This document shows, one piece after another, positions 20,985 through 26,747 of a stretch of DNA of 26,747 nucleotides (its first letter is position 1; each line of letters opens with the position of its first letter). A model generated the notes under the pieces. That model saw only the letters and a program-made list of their open reading frames with translations, was not told the DNA's origin and made no database searches. Made by a program: the position numbers and the translations under genes. Source of the stretch: Octopus sinensis (Eukaryota); contig NW_021823587.1 of NCBI RefSeq assembly GCF_006345805.1, positions 1 through 26,747 on the forward strand, in the 5' to 3' direction.

Positions 20985-21413
20985 CCTGTCGACGGCGTAG
21001 CGTTAAGGCGTGACCGTAACCAGTTGAGCATGTCCTTTAGTGGCTGGCGATATGTGCATCTCTGATCATGAGCAGAAGCAGGGGGGAGCATCATAGCCAT
21101 GTGTCGAGAGGGGTTCTTGGGGTTTTGAATAATTCACCCCTGGAAACATGGGTTTTCGTTCAACATCCTTAAACAACCCTTATTCAGGGACCTTTTAAGC
21201 AGGATGGGTTCTCGACCAGAAGAAAATTCTAACTGGGCCCCACCTGCAAGGTCATTTGCCTGTTATCTGATATGAGATCACCATGTCAGGCACATATGGT
21301 TGTAATGCATGTGCCTAGTGTACCCTTATCAGACGGGTAGTCATGATGGGTATACTGGGCTTCGTATATTTTTTACCCCAGTGTCACTTGACGGCATGCA
21401 CTGCATCTCACTC
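20985..21413 (+). mobile_element. Probable non-coding interspersed retroposon with a structured 3' end and an (AAT)n tail; family unassigned
   Basis: GC-richer island ending ...gcatgcactgcatctcactc-aataataat, with hairpins at 21288-21316 and 21314-21359. No tRNA head or ORF seen. 5' boundary uncertain. Confidence 0.45.
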
Positions 21414-21693
21414 AATAATAATAATATAATAATAATAATAATAATAATAATGATGATGATGATGATGATGATGATGACGACGACGACGATGATGATTATG
21501 ATGACGACGACGACGACGACGACGATGACGACAACGACAACGACGACAACGACAACAACAACAACAAAAATAGCAATATCAATAACAATAATAACAATAA
21601 TAACATTAATAACATATAATATAATAATAATAATAGTAATAGTAATACTAAAATAATACTAATAATAATACTAATACTAATAATAATAATAAT
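21414..21693. repeat. Compound trinucleotide array (AAT)n-(GAT)n-(GAC)n-(AAC)n-(AAT)n
   Basis: Direct reading. Confidence 0.95.
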
Positions 21694-23284
21694 AGATTAG
21701 AATTGGATTAGAAAAATAATAGATTAGAAATTTGGATTAGAAAAATGCGCCAAAGTTACCCTGAAAAGAGGAAAACTAGTTAAGAGTAGCAACATCACAC
21801 TAGATAAAACCAATGAATAAAATAATTAGACCAAAGCCAAACTTACAAATACTTAGGAATCCATGAACTAGATAAGACACAACACACACACGAAAGGAAA
21901 AATAAAAAAAGAATATTATAGACGATTAGATCAATACTAAAAACAGAGCTCAATGCTAAAAACAAGATAATAGGTATTAACACTTTAGCTGTCCCAGTAT
22001 AAGTTACAGCTACAATATCCTTAACTGGACACGAAATGAACTGACCAAAATAGATAGGAAACAAAGAAAATAATGACAGGATCTAGGATGCATCACCCAA
22101 AATCTGACATAGAAAGACTATATATACAACGTATAGAAGGTGGTAGAGGCCTTATACATTGGAAAACTACTATAAATAACACCATAGGACTGCAAAAATA
22201 TCTACTTCGGAAGGAAGGAAAACTGATACAAATAGCGACAAAACACGAGCAAAACAAAAAAACTGTTCTCAGTATTTAAGGAAGCTGACACAATACAAAC
22301 AAGAAATTATACCACCAAAAAATATGAAGAAGAAGAAGAAGATGATGAAGAAACAACAAAAGCTATAAAACAAATGAAATCCAAACTAAATAGAACAGCA
22401 ACGAACCATGATAAAACGATGGCAAGAAAAGCCCCTTCATGGTAAATACTGGACTAAACTAAACGCAAAAGAAATAGACAAAGAAAAATCCCAGCAATGG
22501 TTGAGAAGCTCAGGAGTCAAAGCAGAAAGAGGGATTTTTTAATTGCAGCACAAGACCAAAGCTCCCCCACCAGAAATTACCAAAACATGTAATAAAAATA
22601 AATATAACAAGTAACTGCAGAATATGTGGAGATGGACAAGAAACAATAATCATATTATCTCTAGCTGCCCAGTCCTAGCTAAGAAGGAATATATTCACAG
22701 ACATGACAAAGTTGGAACCTACATACATTGGAAGCTATGCCAACATTATGGAATAACAACAGAAAAAGATGGTATAGGCACACACCCAGAAAGGTCACAG
22801 AAAACGAGAAAACAACCATACTCTGGCATATGCCGATACACACAGATAGAGAAATTAAGGCCAACAGGCCAGATATAGCTGTCAGAGATCATGAAGGAAA
22901 AAAATGCTTTCTAATTGATGTATCAATATACGCGGCAATGACAACGTGTCTCTAAAAGAAATGGAGAAACTCTCAAAATACAAAGACCTGGAAATAGAGG
23001 TAACTAGAATGTGGAATCTGAAAACAGAAACAATTCCTATCATAGTAGGTTGCATTAGGCCATGATAAAAATATTCAGACAAATACATAACAAAAAACAC
23101 CAGGACTTACAAACACATATAACATACAGGAAGTTGCATTACTAGGCACTGCACACAATCCTACACAGAACACTTTCCATACAATAACCATCAGAGCATC
23201 ACAACAAATCACAACACATACCCAAGGCACACAGAGCTGCGCTCGGTAGTGAAGTGAAAGCACGCTATAAAAATAAATACTGAC
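21694..23284 (+). mobile_element. 5'-truncated R4/Dong-like non-LTR retrotransposon (RT C-terminal part, CCHC zinc finger, restriction-like endonuclease), frameshifted
   Basis: FGLEKCAKVTLKRGK and TYKYLGI (RT end); HPKSDIERLYI.R.EGGRGL; CRICGDGQETI(N)HIISSC; YIHRHDKVG; RPDIAVRDHEGKKCFLIDVS and KYKDL (PD-(D/E)xK-type REL). Stop at 23185-23187, AATAAA at 23272-77, then (TAA)n. Confidence 0.88.
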
Positions 23285-23334
<50 letters not shown>

Positions 23335-23677
23335 TAATAAAATAATAATAATGATAGTAATACTATAGTAATATAATAATAATAATAATAACAATAATAA
23401 TAACAATAATAACAATAATAATAATAATAATATAATAATAATAATAATAATAATAATAAAGTAATAATAATAGTAATAGTAATAGTAATACTACTACTAC
23501 TAATAATAATAATAATAATAATATAATAATAATCATAATAATAATAAGAAGAAGAAGAAGAGGAAAAGAAGAATACTAATAAAATAATAGTAATAATAAT
23601 AATAATGATGATGATGACGATGATGATAACGATGACGATGACGATGATGATGAACGACGACGACGGCGTCGACGACA

Positions 23678-23768
<91 letters not shown>
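23285..23768. repeat. Long compound (AAT)n/(GAA)n/(GAT)n/(GAC)n array
   Basis: Direct reading; source of the poly-Ile, poly-Tyr and poly-Asn ORFs. Confidence 0.96.
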
Positions 23769-23769
<1 letters not shown>

Positions 23770-24261
23770 GATAAACATGCGAAAGGAAATAGAGTAAAAC
23801 TCCCAAGTAAAAATGGTAGCAAAAAATAATATTAGTCAGGACATTAGGAATGGTAAAAACCCCTTCAGAAATCTTAGTAGAGCACAGCACTAAGAAACTA
23901 TCCGAATTCCAGAAAGCTGAAGCTAGTAATAAGACAGGCAGTGGAAATTATTTTAATAGCAGTACTTCAAATGGTAAAAACCATGAGCACAGGGCTAGGA
24001 ATTTAAGTAGCCAACGGGAATCGATTCCAAGCACTACGATTACATGCAGTTGTGAGGAAGCTAGCACTCGAGAAATGGATAGCAGGTGAGGCAGCTGCTA
24101 TAATTCCTATAAAAACTAGTCCAGGTTCAGGAATCGTTAGAAATAAGAGCCTAAAAACCCGGGACAGTAGCTGGAATGTAAACAATAGCAGATCCATAGA
24201 TACACAAACAAGAAGGGCACCTAGTACGAGTACCACTGGCATAGATAATAAGAATCCTTTT

Positions 24262-24461
24262 TAGTATAGGCACACGGCCTGGGTATTGCGGGGAGGGGAA
24301 CAGTCGCTCACATCGACCACAGTACTCAACTGGTATTTAATTTATTAACCCCGAAAGGATGAAAGGCAATGGTTGACCTCGGTGCAATTTGAACTCAGAA
24401 CGTAGCGACGGGCGAACAACCGCTAAGCATTTCGCCCGGCGTGCTAACGATTCTGCCAGCT
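24262..24461 (-). mobile_element. SINE family A copy
   Basis: Reverse complement reads agctggcagaatcgttagcacgccgggcgaaatgcttagcgg...gttctgagttcaaatt...cctttcatcctttcgggg, matching 6790 and 7540. Preceded on its own strand by ttattattatt. Confidence 0.88.
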
Positions 24462-25406
24462 ATGTAATAATAATAAAGATAGAAATTTCTAAATGTAGTA
24501 AAAATAAAATCTATCCCTTAAATACGCAGAATGAGGAAGAATTTAGTATACCGATGAAGGATTTTCTTTTTTTGGTGGGTGGGGGGGTTCTACTTTTATA
24601 TAGGTGTGACCAACTTTAAATCTATTTGAATTCGTTTAAGGGTAGCGTTAAGATGAACAACACTAGCTTGAGCAAGTTCATCTACTCGCTTAAGGATAAA
24701 CACGCTAAATTTAGTATAGGACGAAAAAATTAGCACTTTTTATTTTATTCGTTATGTAAAAGGAGGTAAATGATGTGAGTTGTGCATGGAGGAAATGTAC
24801 GAGATGCTTACATTGAAACAGCAATTGCTTAACAATAGAGTGGAACCAGCCTTGAGATGTTCGCACCTGCATGGAAAAAAAAAACATTTAAATACCTCCA
24901 TGCGGATGCTGAGTAGGATAATATCCGCAACACAATGGGGATGTGCCTCAATTTAAGGGTTAACGGTCGAGACAATATCCGGTTTAACTTTTAACTAGTT
25001 ACGGTTATTATAATAATCTGAAAATATCATTTTTTATATATAAATCATAGCACTACATACAAGACACGGTAATTTCCATATGATTTAAAGCACAATTAGC
25101 AAATGCCCCTTCCATATGGACATCTTAAATAAATATGACAGAATTCCATCGATTAATTTAATCGAATTTGATTTATTTTCATTCAATCTCTTTTAGCTGA
25201 AGTGAAGAGCAAGTATATAGTGCGTGTGGTTAATTGGAAAAGAAGCATGAAGATCCCCTAAATATAACAATATTTGTTTCAATACGCGACTTCCCATCAG
25301 GAATCCGGCAAAACAAACGTGTCTGTGTGTGTGCGCGTGCGCGTATGTGTATACACACACTCACACAGATATATACTTACACATACATATATGTATATAT
25401 ATATAT

Positions 25407-25713
25407 ATCACGTGATCACGTGACCGACCAGTCCAGCAGATGTAGTTACACATCGCTGGTCACAATGCGTTCGCATTGTTTTAGCCTTCGAATGACGCCA
25501 CCCCGCTGGCTAAGCGAGCAAGCCAACAGAAGAAAGAGTGGGAGAAATAGTGGTGAAAGAGTACAGCAGGGATCACCACCCCCTGCCGGACCCTCGTGGA
25601 GCTTTTTTAGGTGTTTTCGCTCAATAAACACTCACAACGCCCGGTCTGGGAATCGAAACCGCGATCCTACGACCGCGAGTCCGCTGCCCTAACCACTGAG
25701 CCATTGCGCCTCC
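25407..25713 (-). mobile_element. tRNA-derived SINE (family C) ending in tandem CACGTGAT
   Basis: Head ggaggcgcaaTGGCTCAGTGGttagggcagcggactcgcggtcgtaggatcgcGGTTTCGATTCCcagacc (A and B boxes, tRNA-like). The tail tcacgtgatcacgtga runs into (TA)n, and (TA)n also precedes the head. Confidence 0.85.
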
Positions 25714-25716
25714 ATA

Positions 25717-25755
<39 letters not shown>

Positions 25756-25757
25756 TA

Positions 25758-25833
<76 letters not shown>

Positions 25834-25870
25834 GTTGTATGTATGTATGTATGTATGTATGTATGTATGT
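25714..25870. repeat. (TA)n-(TATG)n microsatellite
   Basis: Direct reading. Confidence 0.95.
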
Positions 25871-25979
25871 AGTAGTCTTTTCTTGTTTTAGCTCAGAGCC
25901 GCAGCCATGTGATGCACCGCCGTTTTGTGCTACACTGTTATTACGAAGAGCCTCCTCTAAAATGTTGGCCTTGCTAAAG

Positions 25980-26477
25980 AATGGAGTTTGATATAGCTAC
26001 TCTCATTTGCACCTCTTGCGTGAGGTAGGTTCATCTGGGACTCTCGACAGGAAGATGTCCAGCTTTGATTTTAAAAACCGCTAGAATCTACTTTGTGCAA
26101 GTTCCTCAGACTCTTTGGGAGAATATTAAAAAGCTGTAGGTCCGTGAAACCCAGGCTGATGCAGTAGCTGGTCCTGAAGCGTGATGGCATTGCTGGGATT
26201 TGGGCACTATGCAGGGTTCCCGTTCTAGCATTGGTGTAGCTTACAATGCCAAATTTGGCACAATTCCTTCCAGGATCTTCCAGACATATATACTGCATAC
26301 TTCTCTCGTCTTCTCTCCAGGGAGTAGAGTCTTAGCTGTTTCAACCTTTCCCAGTAGCTGAGCTGTTGCAAAGAGACGATCTTCTTTGTGAATCTTCTCT
26401 TGATTGCTTCAAGGTCCGGTTAATTTCACACTGGTGGGTGACCATAGCTGTGAGCAGTAATCCAGGCGGCTGGATTA
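25980..26477 (-). mobile_element. 3' fragment of a CR1-group LINE ORF2
   Basis: SRLDYCSQLWSP...DLEAIKRRFTKKI..LQQLSYWERLKQLRLYSLERRREKY..VWKILEG...QLFNILP..LR.LH...KLDIFLSRVPDEP. These are typical post-RT motifs of CR1/L2-type elements. Confidence 0.85.
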
Positions 26478-26747
26478 TATGTAATATATATATAGCCGCA
26501 AAACTAGGTTCTCCACTAGATGGAAATTAGTAAAACACTTAAAGCTGATGAAGGAGGATAGAGCCCGTACCCCTTATGTCTTACTCGAGCTTCCTATAAA
26601 ATCAATCCGGAAGAATGATCTCTGAAGATGAAGATCGGATTATTTCAGACATATCAAGTAACAGGAAATAGAGCAATACATATATAACATTATATATATA
26701 TATATTGCCTTTATTTGTGTAGCTACTCGTTTATTTCTTATGTTGTG

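Noticed and set aside
23850-24260. 79-aa ORF and an apparent cluster of restriction-site palindromes
   Set aside because: The sequence looks like a decayed AGT/AGC/AAT-rich repeat. The palindromic hexamer count is near chance expectation, and no protein motif is present.
25638-25713. tRNA gene
   Set aside because: The tRNA-like A and B boxes continue into a SINE body and tail, and the acceptor stem and anticodon arm are imperfect. It is a SINE head, not a tRNA gene.

Overview
Eukaryotic, microsatellite-saturated genomic DNA. The SINE families and repeat landscape look like a coleoid cephalopod, probably Octopus; this is recognition, not a database result. No host gene can be called confidently, only one plausible first coding exon at 3542-3722 (-). 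The window is dominated by retroelements that sit in specific microsatellites. (1) A 2.6-copy tandem array of a ~535-bp non-coding unit (11700-13090) carries complete type I hammerhead ribozymes spanning the unit junctions. It looks like a retrozyme/Penelope-pLTR-type circular-RNA element and is nested in the internal (TA)n of a SINE. (2) An apparently full-length 6.26-kb Tx1/L1-group LINE on the minus strand (ORF1 with CCHC knuckle; ORF2 with APE, RT and C-terminal Cys motif) is bounded exactly by (GATA)n on both sides, with a second diverged fragment in the opposite orientation. (3) A 5'-truncated R4/Dong-like LINE with a restriction-like endonuclease lies in (TAA)n. Also present are a maT (DD37D) transposon remnant, a CR1-group LINE 3' fragment, several tRNA-derived SINEs and a 69-bp near-perfect palindrome. 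Most ORF-track entries are translations of microsatellites or shadow frames of the LINEs.
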